Program-made: the position numbers and the translations under genes | Shown: piece by piece, positions 21,619 through 35,171 of the stretch | Layout of the letters: each line of letters begins with the position of its first letter | How positions within the stretch are numbered: the stretch's first letter is position 1 | The notes under the pieces: model-generated | Database searches by the model: none | Told to the model about the DNA's origin: nothing | The model's input: the letters and a program-made list of their open reading frames with translations, nothing else | DNA from: Selaginella moellendorffii | Lineage: Eukaryota > Plantae > Lycopodiophyta | Direction of reading: 5' to 3' | DNA: 64,000 nt | Assembly (NCBI RefSeq): GCF_000143415.4 | Contig: NW_003314281.1 | Location: 1,403,882 to 1,467,881, forward strand

Positions 21619-23078
21619 CTTTCTTTCGGGAGTATCATCAAGGGGTTCACTCGGCACCGGTTCATCCAGTGTTTACTTTCCAAGCTCGTTTTTATAACAA
21701 GAGGTCTCCTATTCTTCTCTCCGTGTTGGTTGATATAGGTTCGAGTTTATCTTCTATTGCTCGACCTGTTGCCACACGTTGTCGTCTACACTTGCGTCGT
21801 GCGGCGGATCCAGTTTTCATTCTTTATGGCAACGGCCGTACACATGCATGTGCACGAGATGAGGCGGACCTGGTTGTGCGTGTGGGCGATCTCGAGCTTG
21901 AGTTGCAGTCGTTGCGGGTGGTGCCGAGTCAAGCTTTTGACCTCATTCTTGGTATGGATTGGTTGCAGCACAATCATGCCAAGTGTGACTTTGAGGCTTT
22001 TCCCCCTTGTCTCATACTTCCTTATGTTTCATCCATTCCTCTCACTTCCGTACCTCTTCGTCCCTCTACTTCTACCTCTGCTTCCATTACTTTTGTTCCC
22101 CCATTATTTCCTCTTGTGTTTCCATCTTGTTCTGCTCTTCCCTTTTCCGATCCCTCCGATGATCTTTGTGTTGCAGCTGTTGACCAGCTCATAAAGGAGT
22201 ATTCTGATCTCTTTGAATTTGACCTATCGTCTGGGGCCAAGATTGCCACACGTCATCCCATTCCAACCGGGGATGCTCGTCTAATCAAGGTTCCTGTTCG
22301 TCGTCGGTCACCCAAGGAGATCAAGATTTTACGTGCAAACGTCAAGGACATGTTGGAGAAGGGTGTTATTCGGAAGTCGCGGAGTCCTTGGGCATGTGAA
22401 CCTCATCTTGTGACGAAGCCTGATGAGAGTATTCGTTTCTGCATCGACTATCGTCCGTTAAATGAAGTGACGATCCCGGACGTGTACCCTCTTCCTCACA
22501 CTGCTGATCTCTTGGATCGTTTGGGGCGAAGTCGTTGGTTCACCAAGCTAGATCTTGCTTCTGGGTATTGGCAAGTACCGATGGCTGAAGACGATATTCC
22601 TAAGACTGCTTTTCGTACACCATTTGGTTTGTACGAGTTTTTGGTGATGCCGTTTGGTTTGAACAATGCTCCAGCAACTTTTCAGCGAATGATGGACGAG
22701 GTTCTTTGCGATATGCCGGAGGTGACGGCTGACTTCATTGATGATGTCTTGATCCACTCGGAGGGGACGTGGGAGGAGCATGTTCGTGATGTTTGTAAAG
22801 TGTTGGATCGGCTACGCGACGTTGGTTTAAAGCTAAAGCGGTCGAAGTGCGTGTTTGGGTCCAAGGACACAACTTATCTTGGGTACCGTATTTCTCGTGA
22901 GGGTTTGCAAGTTGATCCTGACAAACTTGTGGCTGTTCTAAAGTTCCCTATTCCGAAGTGTGTGAATGATGTGCAGCGCTTTTTGGGTAAGGTGCAGTAT
23001 CTCGGTCGTTTTGTGGATCATCTTTCCGATCGCACTTTACCATTGCAAGCATTGCTGAAGTCATCAAACCCATCTTGA
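21555..23078 (+). CDS. pol: Retrotransposon Pol (aspartic protease and RT) in the -1 frame relative to gag, truncated
   Basis: Contains LVDIGSS, DLILGMDWL, RFCIDYRPLN, KLDLASGYWQ, MPFGLNNAPATFQ and FIDDVLI. Confidence 0.9.
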   Translation, partial: GKRGVARVMEGPCANKLVTPPSFFREYHQGVHSAPVHPVFTFQARFYNKRSPILLSVLVDIGSSLSSIARPVATRCRLHLRRAADPVFILYGNGRTHACARDEADLVVRVGDLELELQSLRVVPSQAFDLILGMDWLQHNHAKCDFEAFPPCLILPYVSSIPLTSVPLRPSTSTSASITFVPPLFPLVFPSCSALPFSDPSDDLCVAAVDQLIKEYSDLFEFDLSSGAKIATRHPIPTGDARLIKVPVRRRSPKEIKILRANVKDMLEKGVIRKSRSPWACEPHLVTKPDESIRFCIDYRPLNEVTIPDVYPLPHTADLLDRLGRSRWFTKLDLASGYWQVPMAEDDIPKTAFRTPFGLYEFLVMPFGLNNAPATFQRMMDEVLCDMPEVTADFIDDVLIHSEGTWEEHVRDVCKVLDRLRDVGLKLKRSKCVFGSKDTTYLGYRISREGLQVDPDKLVAVLKFPIPKCVNDVQRFLGKVQYLGRFVDHLSDRTLPLQALLKSSNPS

Positions 23079-26000
23079 AGCCTTCGAATCCATGGCTTAA
23101 TCTTTTGAGCCTCACGAACTTCATCAAGAGAAGGTAAATATTGCTCTACGCCTTATGGACACTAAACATCAAGTACAGTAACTGCTAACGATATAAAATC
23201 CTCATCTAGAAAATCCACAGATGCTGGAACAACAAACTTATCAAAAACATGAGAAGAGAGTGGAGAAGGAATAGGAGCTCAAGAAAGGGCATTCGCATCA
23301 GCGATATAACTCCCTAGGCAATAAACAACATCAAAATCATATATCTGAAGCTTCAAAGCTTATCAAGTAGTATGACCAACTAGGTTCTTCCACTTCAATA
23401 ATGAAGTAACAGTAGTATAATCACCTTTAAGTAACGACCGAAAACTATGTAAAGTTTCTCGAAACACCAGATTGTTGCTAAACACTCCTTCTCTATCGTG
23501 GAGTAGTTAATCTCCGTTGGTTGTAATGTATGGTTTATATATGCAATAGGATGGCACTGACATGGCACACTCAAACTCTCTTGCATCAACACATCTCTAA
23601 GATGAATGTTAGAAGCATCCATGTGCAAAATAAAAGATCGAGTGTAGTCAGGATATGCCAAAACCAAAGGAGTTGTCAATAGCTCTTTGAGATCCATGAA
23701 CGCCCACTCATAATCCAGAGACTAAATGAAAGATGACATTGATCACTTCAGCAATACTCACAATAGTGCAGTGCACTCAGAAAGATGATCCACAAAATGA
23801 CCGAGATATTGCATCTTGCCCAAGAAGCGCTATACATCATTCATACACTTCGGAGTAGGGAATTTTAGAATAGCCACAAGTTTGTCAGGATCAACAAAAA
23901 ATATGGTACCCAAGATAAGTTGTGTCTTTGGACCCAAACACGCACTTTGACTGCTTCAGCTTTAAACCAACGTCGCGTAGCCGATCCAACACTTTACAAA
24001 CACTACAAACGTGCTCCTCCCATGTCCCCTCTGAGTGGATCAAGACATCATCAATGAAGTTAGCAGTCACCTTCGGCATATTGCAAAGAACCTCGTCCAT
24101 CATCTGCTGGAAAGTTGCTAAAGCATTGTTCAAACCAAATGGCATCACCAAAAACTCGTACAAACTAAATTGTGTACAAAAAGCAGTCTTAGAAATATCT
24201 TCTTTGGCCATCGGTACTTGCCAGTACTCAAAAGCAAGATCTAGCTTGGTGAACCAACAATTTTGCTCCAGACGATCCAAGAGATCAGTAGTGTGAGGAA
24301 GAGGGTACACATATGGGATTGTCACTTCGTTTAATGGACAATAGTCAATGTAGAAAAAAATACTTCTATCAGGCTTTGTCAGAAGATGAGGTTCACATGC
24401 CCAAGGACTCCACAACTTCTGAATAATACCCTTCTCCAACATTTCCTTGACGTTTGTATGTAAAATCTTGATCCCCTTGGGTGACCGATGACGAACAAGA
24501 ACCTTGATTGGATGAGCATCCCCGATTGGAATTCGATGATGTGTGGCAATCTTGGCCTTAGACGATAAGTCAAATTCAAAGAGATTAGAATACTCCTTCA
24601 CGAGCCAGTCAACCGCTGCAACACAAAGATCATTGGAGGGATCGAAAAAGGGAAAAGCAGAACAAGACGGAAATATAGGAGGAAATAGTGGGGGAATAAA
24701 AGTAATGGAAGCAAAAGTAGAAGTAGAGGGACGAAAAGGTACAGAAGTGAGAGGAATGAATGAAATATAAAGAAGTATGAGACAAAAGGGAAAAGCCTCA
24801 AAGTCATAATTGACATTATTGCGCTGCAACTAATCTATACCAAGAATAAGGTCAAAAGCTTGACTCGTCACCACCCACAATGACTACAATTCAAGCTCGA
24901 GATCCCCCACACACATAACTAGGTCTGCCTCATCCTGTGCACATGCATGTGTACGGCATTGCCATAAAGAATGAAAATTGGTTCTGCCACATGACGCAAG
25001 TGTAGACAGCAACGTGTAGTAACAGGTCGAGCAATAGAAGATAAACTCGAATCTGTATCAACCAACATGGAGAGAATAATAGGAGACCTCTTATTATAAA
25101 AACGAGCTTGGAAAGTAAACACTGGATGAACCGATGCGATGATACTCCCAAAAGAAAGATGGAGGGGTCACTGACTTATTTACACAAGGTCCCTCCATTA
25201 CTCATGTGACTCCTTATTTCCCAAATACATCTTGGTGTCTAGACCTTCCAATGCAATAGCACCAATGGGACATTGCTAACGCCAAGATCTCCACCTAGGA
25301 AATGGAGGTTGCCAATCCGGAAAACGCCAACAATGCCGACAATGCCAATAAGTATGACCAACTTCATCACACGCACAGCAGCAAATATCATGGCCATGGC
25401 CACTCGTCGCCTTTGTCCTTGGACGCAAGCAGCAGCAGCATCAACCTCCATTGGAACAGGACCATCACTCATAGGAAGTGGAGCTGAAGGATGTGCAGCG
25501 AGAAGTGGAAAAGACGACATCTCATAACGTTGTGCCAAGTGAAGAACATCGTCAAATGTGGTGGGAGCAAGTGCATGCACAAGTTTGACAAAATCTTGAT
25601 GAAGTGCTGGCCATAATTGTCGCAAATGTGACTTCAGGTATCGAAAGATACTTGTCGACCAGTCCTTATGGGCACTCTTTCCTTACTGCCATGACGGCAG
25701 GAGGTCAATACTGCTGGTTCCCTTTATTGGCCCCTCTTGTCCAAGTGTTAGTAAACTGGACTTAGCATCTGTACTTGGCCGGATGAGCATAAGGACGGAA
25801 TTCCTAAGTGTCTATTTGGCCAAGCATACTTGGCTCGGCTTTTTAGTTCTCTTTTGCTCTGTCTTGCACTGGTTTGGCAAAAACCCTCGCGTATTGAGAC
25901 TAGTCCCTCAATATTGCCAGATGATAGCTTATCGTGTTTGCCAAACACCCTCGCTATCAAGCCCTTTGTGTTGATCTCATTTCGGTCCCAAGTGCTATTT

Positions 26001-27624
26001 ATGGAAAGTGTCTAGATTCGCTCATTTGGCATGTCTATGGAATGTAGAGGTCGGCCTGAACACAATGGTGTTCGTCCCGTGTCCAAATTCTCAATTTAAG
26101 GCCATTCCATATTTAGTAAGTTTCGAACTTGTCCCAAAGACTAACTCCTGGTACGAAGGGTGGCTTGGGGTGAAAGCCNNNNNNNNNNNNNNNNNNNNNN
26201 NNNNNNNNNNNNNNNNNNNNNNNNNNNNNNNNNNNNNNNNNNNNNNNNNNNNNNNNNNNNNNNNNNNNNNNNNNNNNNTTGGGGGATAAATGGGGATAAA
26301 ATAGCCACTAAGGGCTTCTCATCAAGCAATTGCCCCTTTTTTAGTTGGCTTAAGGGGAGAAAGATAAAGTGTGTTACAAGGGGGTTGTGGGGATAGTAGG
26401 GATAGTGGTTGGAATGCATGTTAAACCACTTGAGACATTAGTTTGGCTCCTGCTGGGCTGTGTCGCTCCTTATTCTGCGTCCGGCTTGGGTCTAAGCCCA
26501 AGCTCCACATTGCTCTAGTCGGTGGGGTACCCTCCTCCTCACGTTAGGCCACCGGTATGCTAAAATGGTGTCAGACTCCGTCTGACACCATTTTGCGTGC
26601 AGGTGCTAGATACGGGGAGTTGGTGCTCGTGGGATTGTACCGGACCCTCGTTTCGTAACGCAACGGGCTTGGAGTTTGGCTCCAAATTCAGGTGCACTAC
26701 AATAACATTCCTAGCTTGATTCACTCCAACATGTTTGGCTCTGCACGAAGCAAAAAACTTCGGAAACAAATGCTAAATTGCATCACTGACTCAGATGGCC
26801 CTTGGCAAAGACAATGCAATTGTTGGAAGGCATCATCACAATTGTCGGCATATTCAAAGGCACGTTTGAAAACGTACAAGAGAACACTCTAATCCCCACA
26901 AGTGGCTGTGCTCAAACCATTGTACCACTGCAATGCCGTCCCTTGGAAACATATGGGAAACTCACACAAATGTCAAGTATCATCCCAAGAATGGTATGTG
27001 GCAATCATGGTGAAGTGATCGAACCAATGGTACACATTTCTAGGATTCCCACGAAAAAACTCCGGCTGAACGTGAGAATTGGCACCAAAAGTAGGAGGAG
27101 TTGTACCACATGCCGTGAATGTTGCCATCAACTAAGTTTAGTTGTTCAATTGCAAGCGCATAGCATCAAACAATTATACCAACTATTGCTCTAGAGTCAA
27201 AGGAGGAGATTGCTGATTTACCATGAAGATGAATGAAAAAGAAAGAGCAAAAGAAGAGAAATGACAAAAAGCTAGAAGGAAATGGTGGATTTAAACAATG
27301 CAAAAAGCTAAATCTAAACTAAAATCCTAAAAGGAAAGAACAAAATAAAAGAAAATGGAAAAAGCTAAATCTAGACGATGCAAAGATTATATTTAAACCA
27401 AAATTCTAAATCTAAACACTCCTTAGGGACAATCAAAGGTGCCCCTCACCTCCACCAATGTGAGTGCTTGGAATATGAATATAGAAAATATGCATATCAA
27501 TTAGCCTAAAAAACCCTAGTTTATATACAAGAGCAAGAGGTCTGGATTGAAACTAATCTAAGGTTACAAAAATCCCATTATGCTAATATTAGTATATGGC
27601 ATCGTAGCTGTACACTTGACCTTA

Positions 27625-27628
<4 letters not shown>
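23064..27628 (-). mobile_element. Older degenerate copy of the same gypsy family in opposite orientation (LTR 27459-27628, gag, protease, RT, RNase H)
   Basis: Reverse-complement match to 20241-23067 with many C>T/G>A changes, plus an RNase H remnant (LHMDASN..NYSTIEKECLA). Confidence 0.9.
25618..26701. mobile_element. Nested LTR-type insertion (probable solo LTR, spans an N-gap) inside gag of the second copy
   Basis: TGT...ACA termini and ATAAT/ATAAC flanks. It interrupts the sequence corresponding to gctggccacagcattcc in the intact copy. Confidence 0.65.
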
Positions 27629-27655
<27 letters not shown>

Positions 27656-28503
27656 GTATATAACATACATATGTACATACATACATATGTACATACATAT
27701 GTATATATATATATGTATATACATATATATATATGTATATGTACATATATATATGTATATATATATGTATATATGTATATGTATATATGTATATGTATAT
27801 ATGTATATGTACATATGTATATGTATATATATATGTATATATGTATATGAATATATGAATATGGACATAAGGATATGTATAAAAAATATGTAAATAAGGA
27901 AAAAAAAAATAAAAGGAAAAATGGGAAAAGGAAAAAAAAAAAAAGGGGGAAAAGGAAAAGGGAAAAAAGGAAAAGGGAAAAAAAAAAAAGGGGGGAAAGG
28001 GAAAAAAAAAAAAAGGGAAAGGGGAAAAAAAAAAAAAGGGGAAAAAGGGGAAAAAAATNNNNNNNNNNNNNNNNNNNNNNNNNNNNNNNNNNNNNNNNNN
28101 NNNNNNNNNNNNNNNNNNNNNNNNNNNNNNNNNNNNNNNNNNNNNNNNNNNNNNNNNNNNNNNNNNNNNNNNNNNNNNNNNNNNNNNNNNNNNNNNNNNN
28201 NNNNNNNNNNNNNNNNNNNNNNNNNNNNNNNNNNNNNNNNNNNNNNNNNNNNNNNNNNNNNNNNNNNNNNNNNNNNNNNNNNNNNNNNNNNNNNNNNNNN
28301 NNNNNNNNNNNNNNNNNNNNATATGTATATATGTATGGGCACATATGTATATGTATATATATATGTATATATGTATATATATATATATGTATATATGTAT
28401 ATGTATATATATATATGTGTATATGTATATGTATATATGTATATGTATATATATATATGTGTATATGTATATATATATATGTCTATGTATATATATATAT
28501 GTA

Positions 28504-28577
<74 letters not shown>

Positions 28578-28632
28578 TGTATGTGTGTATATATATATGT
28601 GTGTGTGTATATATATATATATGTGTGTGTGT

Positions 28633-28669
<37 letters not shown>

Positions 28670-28838
28670 GTATGTATATGTATGTATATGTATGTATATG
28701 TGTGTATATATATATATGTATATCTACATATATATACATACATATACATACATATATATATATATGTATGTATGTATGTATATGTATGTATAATATATGT
28801 ATATGTATATATATATATATCTGTGTGTGTGTGTGTAT
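27629..28838. repeat. (TA)n/(TATG)n microsatellite complex with a polypurine stretch and an assembly gap
   Basis: Directly visible in the sequence. Confidence 0.95.
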
Positions 28839-30132
28839 AGATCCATTGAATACATTAATTTTTAAAGTAACTGAATTAAATATATACTATTATCAAGTTC
28901 ATTTTAAGTGACAGTATAGAAATAGTTAATAAGACCCATCTTTTATTGCTTTATGTTTAGTTTTAAAGCTGATCTCTAATGTGAAGAAAAAAAACTGGTA
29001 ATTGAAATTTAAAGGCAATAAAAATGAGAAATTATATTGCTGCACAGAGGGTTTGCAATTTTAAAAAAGCAATATTCTTAATTAAAAATAATTATATTAA
29101 TGTGGGGGATGCAAAGAAATGAAAGAATTTCATAGTGTATCAAAATCCTGTAAACCAAAGTTAGTCCATATCTAATAGAATTGTCACCACCTCTATGAGA
29201 AAGCATGGACACATTAGTGGGGAATGAATCTCATTCTTTAGGACTCTCTCTTTTAGTCTTTGACCATTTATCACTTCTAGTTTTGGAAAATGATAGAGAG
29301 GAAATTCTATCACTTTATCAACTTCTGGCTCATGTTGGGTGTGTAATTAGTTGGAGCACATTATTTATATGCACGTAGATCGAGAAGCTGTCTGAGCACT
29401 TCTTCATACGTCAGTTTGCCTCAAGATCAACCTTAAGAGACCAATCGATTGCAGGTTCCATCCACCCCCAGGAGACACGGATTAAAGCACGAGTCTTTCT
29501 CAAAGCAAACCTCGACACCTGGCACCAGTTGATTCAATGCCCAGCTCTGTCTTCCAAGCTGGCTGGCATTGCATGGCAGCAGCTTTCCCTGGAAAACAGT
29601 TGGATAGGACAATCTTTTTTCACAGGATCAAGCATTTAGCTGCTTGTCAATCACTTTAATTTACATCGATCTCTTTCGATTGTGTACACTTGATCAGCGT
29701 CGATTGTGCAAACACTTCAACATTTTGGCAGCCAGCTTCTTGTTTCGAAGACCGAGCTACAAAACTTTGAAAAGTATTAACACTCAAAGTAATTTATTTG
29801 AAATTCTCCTTTCTGGAAGGAGAGTTTTATGCGTTCAAGCTGTTTTTCCTCTTTTGACACCAAGCTCTTTTTCTTTTTCTTTTTCTTCTATGGGTTCATC
29901 TTTGGAACTTTGTGATTTCTGCAAGTTCTCTCAANNNNNNNNNNNNNNNNNNNNNNNNNNNNNNNNNNNNNNNNNNNNNNNNNNNNNNNNNNNNNNNNNN
30001 NNNNNNNNNNNNNNNNNNNNNNNNNNNNNNNNNNNNNNNNNNNNNNNNNNNNNNNNNNNNNNNNNAAAATGAGTTTATGCTCCATCTGGTTCTGCGTCTC
30101 GCATGCAAATCATCGTCTCATGTTTTGGATAT

Positions 30133-30823
30133 TTAAAACTTGTTCACAAAACTTTTTAGCGATAACTCCAAAGACTCCTTGGCGAAGTGATCGATGTCCA
30201 AGGCCTGCAAATCCACAGACAAAATCCTAAGAAAATCAATGGAGAGATGGAGAAACCTTGGCACGGATGCAGATGCATGCGACGCGCGAAGCATCATCGA
30301 CCGAGACGGACGCGTCCTGAACAATCAGCTGGTGTTGGCGCAGAATCCACAGCACACTCAGCAAGAGCCTGGCCTGCATCCTGCAGCTCATGTTGACGAA
30401 CACATCCGACTTGCATATGTGCAGCCCCACGCTAGCACTCGATCTCGCTGCTGCCGCCATCGCCATCGCATTCCACTTGGGCTTGGAAGGATCCATGGCG
30501 GCGCTCTTGCGGTGCTCGAGCAGCATGGATCTCGTCGCCGACAGCTCCTGGACTTGATTCTTGAGCGATTGGATGAGCTCCATCGTCCCCTGAACCACTC
30601 CGCATCGATCCATCTTTCCCGTGCAGCGCAAACAATCATTGATGCGAGAGTGATCAAGCAAAGCACAAGTATGGATTGATCAGGATACCTTTGAGGCTTC
30701 CGTTGTTGGTAGCAGCGACCTCAGCCGATCATACAGCCCTTGCAGCTCTTTCCTTCGCTCCCTCTCCGACCATATGTGATTGATCCGCTGCGCGTACGTC
30801 CGGGTCTTTCCCTGCGGAAGCAT
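30133..30823 (-). CDS. bHLH with ACT-like domain (bHLH2, copy A), 3 exons
   Basis: QRINHIWSERERRKELQGLYDRLRSLLP..K|MDRCGVVQGTMELIQSL..CIRAK|ALDIDHFAKESLELSL. The start codon is uncertain. Confidence 0.82.
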
Positions 30824-31198
30824 CACCGGGCCCAACCCAATGCGCGGATTAATGCTAGTAGCATTCAAGGGGCAAACTCCATGACCCACAAACACGGGAA
30901 GAAACCTGATTCAAGCTTGAGCCCTCGCTCTTGACAGGCTTCACCATTGATCGTAACCTGACACTCGAATGTGGTCGTCTAGACGAGAAACTCTCGCCCT
31001 CNNNNNNNNNNNNNNNNNNNNNNNNNNNNNNNNNNNNNNNNNNNNNNNNNNNNNNNNNNNNNNNNNNNNNNNNNNNNNNNNNNNNNNNNNNNNNNNNNNN
31101 NAATCTCTTTAAAGCCAAACAATAATCGAACCACTTTATTTTGATGAAATAGATTGGCAAGAAAGAGATGCTCTTTAATCTCTCTCTCTCTCTCTCCC

Positions 31199-34100
31199 TT
31201 AGATGCTACTGCTGCGACCACTGACACTGTGGCAGAAGCTCAATTCCAGGCACTCGTCTTCCAGGTGGAGCTCAACCAGCATGCGCAGAGGACATGCCTC
31301 ACCACACACCAAGCAGTTGCCGCTAGAAGTGGTGCTTGCCACCGCCAGGTGATGATGATCCAAAAGCTGGACACCAGTGTTGCTGATGCTGCTGCTGCTG
31401 CTGCTGCTGCTCTCGTATGCCATGCCGCTGCAGGAGCTTTTCCAGACAATGCAATCCAGATCGCCATCCATCATCAATCACTGTGCTTCCTCAACTCCCT
31501 CTAAACTTTTCTCACTGTCTTGGCGAGGGAGTGCTGTTTCACTTGTGATTGAAGAACTTCTTCCACAGCTGCTAGGGCTCCTTGTTAGGTGTTAGCTTTG
31601 ACCATGTGGTTAACATTATCAAAAGGAGGCTCAAGCATGTTAGGGTAAGGGACTTAACCTACCCTAAGGCTCATAATGGAGCGGCGGTGCAGTGGAGATT
31701 TTAAGGTAACTCAGGGGTGGTTGGGTGGTGAGGAATTTCAAGAGAAGGTATAGTATAATTTAGAAAGATTAGATCTTTGTTTTTTTGGGCTGGATCTTAA
31801 CATTGATATCAGAAGTATACATTTTTTAAGCAAGCTTGTCATAATGGAAAAACACTTTCGAGTTACTTATTATTTGTTCGTGACTTGGGGGATGAAAGCA
31901 TGTGTGGGGGAAAAGTAGCAATACAAGATTCAATGAGTTTTTTTTATGTTTTTCCATCTAAACTTCCTCATGGGTTGCCTCCATTATAATGTGTGGAGAA
32001 TGGAATTATGTTGGAGTCGAGAACGCAGCCAATTTACTAATGTCCATTTCGGTTAAGTTATGTGGAGAAGCAAGAAGTTCAATGACAAGTCAAAGAGTTA
32101 CTTGAGTTTAGATTTATTTAGCCAAGTAAGTCTTTGTTTGGTGCTCCAGTTTTGCTTGTGAAAAAGAAGAACAATTCAATGCAGATGTGTATTAACTACC
32201 GTGCCTTGAACAAAAAAATAGTGAAGGATAAAATGCCGATACCGCATATGGATGATATCTTAGACAAACTTGGTGAAGCACGAGTGTTTACTAAGATTGA
32301 TTTGAGGAGCGGATATCATCAAATTGCAATGGATGATATATCTCTAAGATGGCATTCAACACAAGTTTCAAACATTTTAAGTTTATAATTATGCCATTTG
32401 GTTTGATAAATGCACCAGGCACATTTACTTGGTTGATGACAGAGGTATTTGGGCATTATCTTCATGAGTTTGTAGAGTTTTTCTTGGACGATATTTTTGT
32501 TTTTAAAAAAAATATAAAAGATCATAAAGTGCATTTGCGCAAGGTTTTTTTTGTTACTTTGTGATAGCAAACTTTATGTGAAGAAGAACAAATATGAGTT
32601 TGCAAAGTCAAAAGTGGAATATCTAATCCATATTATGATATTTAAGGGTGTCAAGACAGATCTAAGAAAGGTGGTTGTGATGAAGAATTGACCTACACCA
32701 ACTTTAGTGGCTAAATTATACAACTTTCTTGGTCTAGCTAGTTACTACTAACGTTTCCAGCATAAGTTTGCAGAGGTGGTTATTCCTTTGATACAATTGT
32801 TATGCAAGAATGTGCTATTCAAGTGGAAAAAGCCACAAGAGGAGAGTTTTGTGGTGTTGAAATGATTGTTGAGCGAGGCTCTGGTGCTTCGCATTACTGA
32901 TCCATCAAAACCTTATAAGGTGACATGCGATGCAAATGGTTATGCACTAGGAAGAGTTCTCATATAAGAGGGATAGCCTATTGCATATGAGAGTCGAATT
33001 TTGAATCCCGTAAAACAACATTATTCCCCATATGAATAAGAGTTACTCTTTATTATTCATGCTTTGCGAACATAGTAACATTATCTTTATAGTGCAGTGT
33101 TTGTAATGTTGATGGATCATAAACCAATTATGTATCTTTTTGAACAAAAGGAGTTGAACACTAAGCAAGCTCGTTAGATGGTCAAACTCATGGAGTTTGA
33201 GAAGTTTATTATTGAGCATCGTCCGGGAAAATCAAACATAGTAGTAGATGCTTTATTTCGTGTTCATCATGTGATAACATTATAAACACAATTTTGTCAT
33301 TATTTAGTAAAGTGGTTAGTGAGTTTGGGTAGTTAGTTGAGCGTGCTCAAGCTTAGGATGCTGAGGTGGCCTCTTTGCGCAACTAGATATAAGCCCCTTT
33401 CTCATAAATGGATGGGATTCTTTATTACAATGGCTGTGTATATTTACTACGAGTGGATGTGTTAATTACTCAAGTTTTATTCCACTATTATGATCGTCCA
33501 GAGGCCAGTCATTTTGGAGGGAAGAAAAAAATATGAGTTGATTAAGTGAAATTTTTATTGGAGGAATATGAATGTTGATTTCCTCAAGTATTGTAAATCA
33601 TGCAAGCTTTGTCAGCAAGTAAAGGTCCCACAGGAAAAGCCAGAGAGACTTTTGCAACCTTTACATATTCCTTAGAGCCATTGGTGTAGTATCTTTATGG
33701 ACTTCATCATTTGTTTGTCATAAACACAGAGGCAAAAGGAGCAAGTATAAGTCATAGTGGATTGGTTGACGAAGTATGTGTAGTTGTTGGCTCTTTGGAA
33801 AATTGTTACTACCTCAAACTTGGCTATAGTCTACTTGGAGAAGGTTTTTTTTTATTTTAGTTTGCCAGAGGACATCATTAGTGATTGAGATTTAAATTTC
33901 ACAAATGGATTTTGGAAGAGCTTTGCGAAGGTTATGCAAGGGACTTTGAAACTCTTGAGTGGAGATCATCCTCAGATGGATGGGCAAACCAAACATGTGA
34001 ATCAGATGGTGGAGGATATGTTACATTTTAGCGTTGATCAAAGGCAAAGACAATGGGATTTATATCTTCCATTGGTGCAATTTGCTTACAATAATAACTA

Positions 34101-35171
34101 ACACAATGGAACCAAGCTAAGTCCTTACTTTGCCATGTTTGGAAAGCATCCCTGAATAGCAGTGGAGTTGAGATTGCATTTAAGTAAGGACATTCAAGAT
34201 AAGCTTGATTCTAAGGTGATTAATCTGGCCATAGAACTTGATGAGATTTTTGGTGGTATACAAATGGAATTTGTAGATAGCTCAGGATAGAGTGGAGAAG
34301 TTTGCTAATGAGCATCGCCAATTTTGGGAATATAAGGTGGGTGATCTCATCTTTGTGCGAATGATCTTTCCGTCAAGTGAATAGTAGAACACCTTAGTGC
34401 CTTTACGAATAGGGAAGAGTGACAAACTTTCCCATCAATATGCTGGTCTATATGAAGTGTTATAGTGCATTAGTAAAGTGGTTTATTAGGTGCAGTTGCC
34501 AACTGGGGATAAAATTCATCCGATATTTTATGTCATTCAATTGAAAAGTGTACTATCTCAGAGTGACAAGCCCAATGCCTCCTTAATATATATGGCTGTG
34601 GAAGATGGACCAAGAGCTTGAGCAGTGTTCCCCAAAAAGGGTGATTACAGGTATAACTCGTCCTTGGGACAAGGACTTTGTTGAGGGGGAAGAATTGTTA
34701 AGCACCAACTTTGACCACGTGGTTAACATCGGTCAAAGGGAAGCTCAAGGGTATATTAAGGCATGTTAAGGTAAGAGACTTAACCTAAGCAGTGGTGTAG
34801 TGAAACTTTTAAGGTAGTTCAAGGGTGGTTAGGTGGTGAAGAATCTTAAGAGAAGGCATAGCATAGTTTAGGAAGACTAGATTGCACTAGATCATAACAC
34901 TCCTCCCTTTAGCCTTGAATCTAATACGGGAGTTCCAATGGTTCTTGACATCGTTGTCCATTCTCCCAGGAAGTTGAGTAGCAATGTAAGCCCACCTACA
35001 CAGTGAAGGGAGAGATGTCAATCTGAAGCCAAAAACTTGAGCAAAAGTAAAGTACCTATTTCCAACCAATTCATGCAATTGACAAAGAGTTTCCTCCTCC
35101 TGCTCGCTGAATTTTCCATGCCTCAACTCTGGTCTCATCCATCTCAGCCTGCAACTCTTGCCAGTTCTTTG
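31199..35171 (-). pseudogene. MYB2 copy A, lacking exon 1 and promoter, with exon 3 split by an LTR element
   Basis: 31199-31582 and 34900-35171 match 45096-45767. There is a 9-bp deletion in WMNYLRP, and the 5' end is replaced at the duplication junction. Confidence 0.9.
31583..34899 (+). mobile_element. Degenerate, internally deleted Ty3/gypsy element with both LTRs
   Basis: LTRs at 31583-31802 and 34696-34899 (TGTT...AACA), 5-bp TSD CTCCT, iMet-like PBS remnant and PPT GAGGGGGAAG. RT (KIDLRSGYHQI), RNase H and integrase remnants carry stops. Confidence 0.92.

Larger units (their letters stand above)
20241..23067 (+). mobile_element. Ty3/gypsy LTR retrotransposon, 5' half (LTR, PBS, gag, protease, RT), 3'-truncated
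   Basis: LTR TGTGAG...CTCACA at 20241-20414, PBS TGGTGGAGGTGAGGGG, gag with a CCHC knuckle, and RT motifs. Confidence 0.93.

Noticed and set aside
27564-28911. Long Y/I/H- and K/G-rich ORFs
   Set aside because: They are translations of TA microsatellite and N-gaps. The A/G-only tract at 27895-28058 abuts a gap and looks like a low-quality read end.
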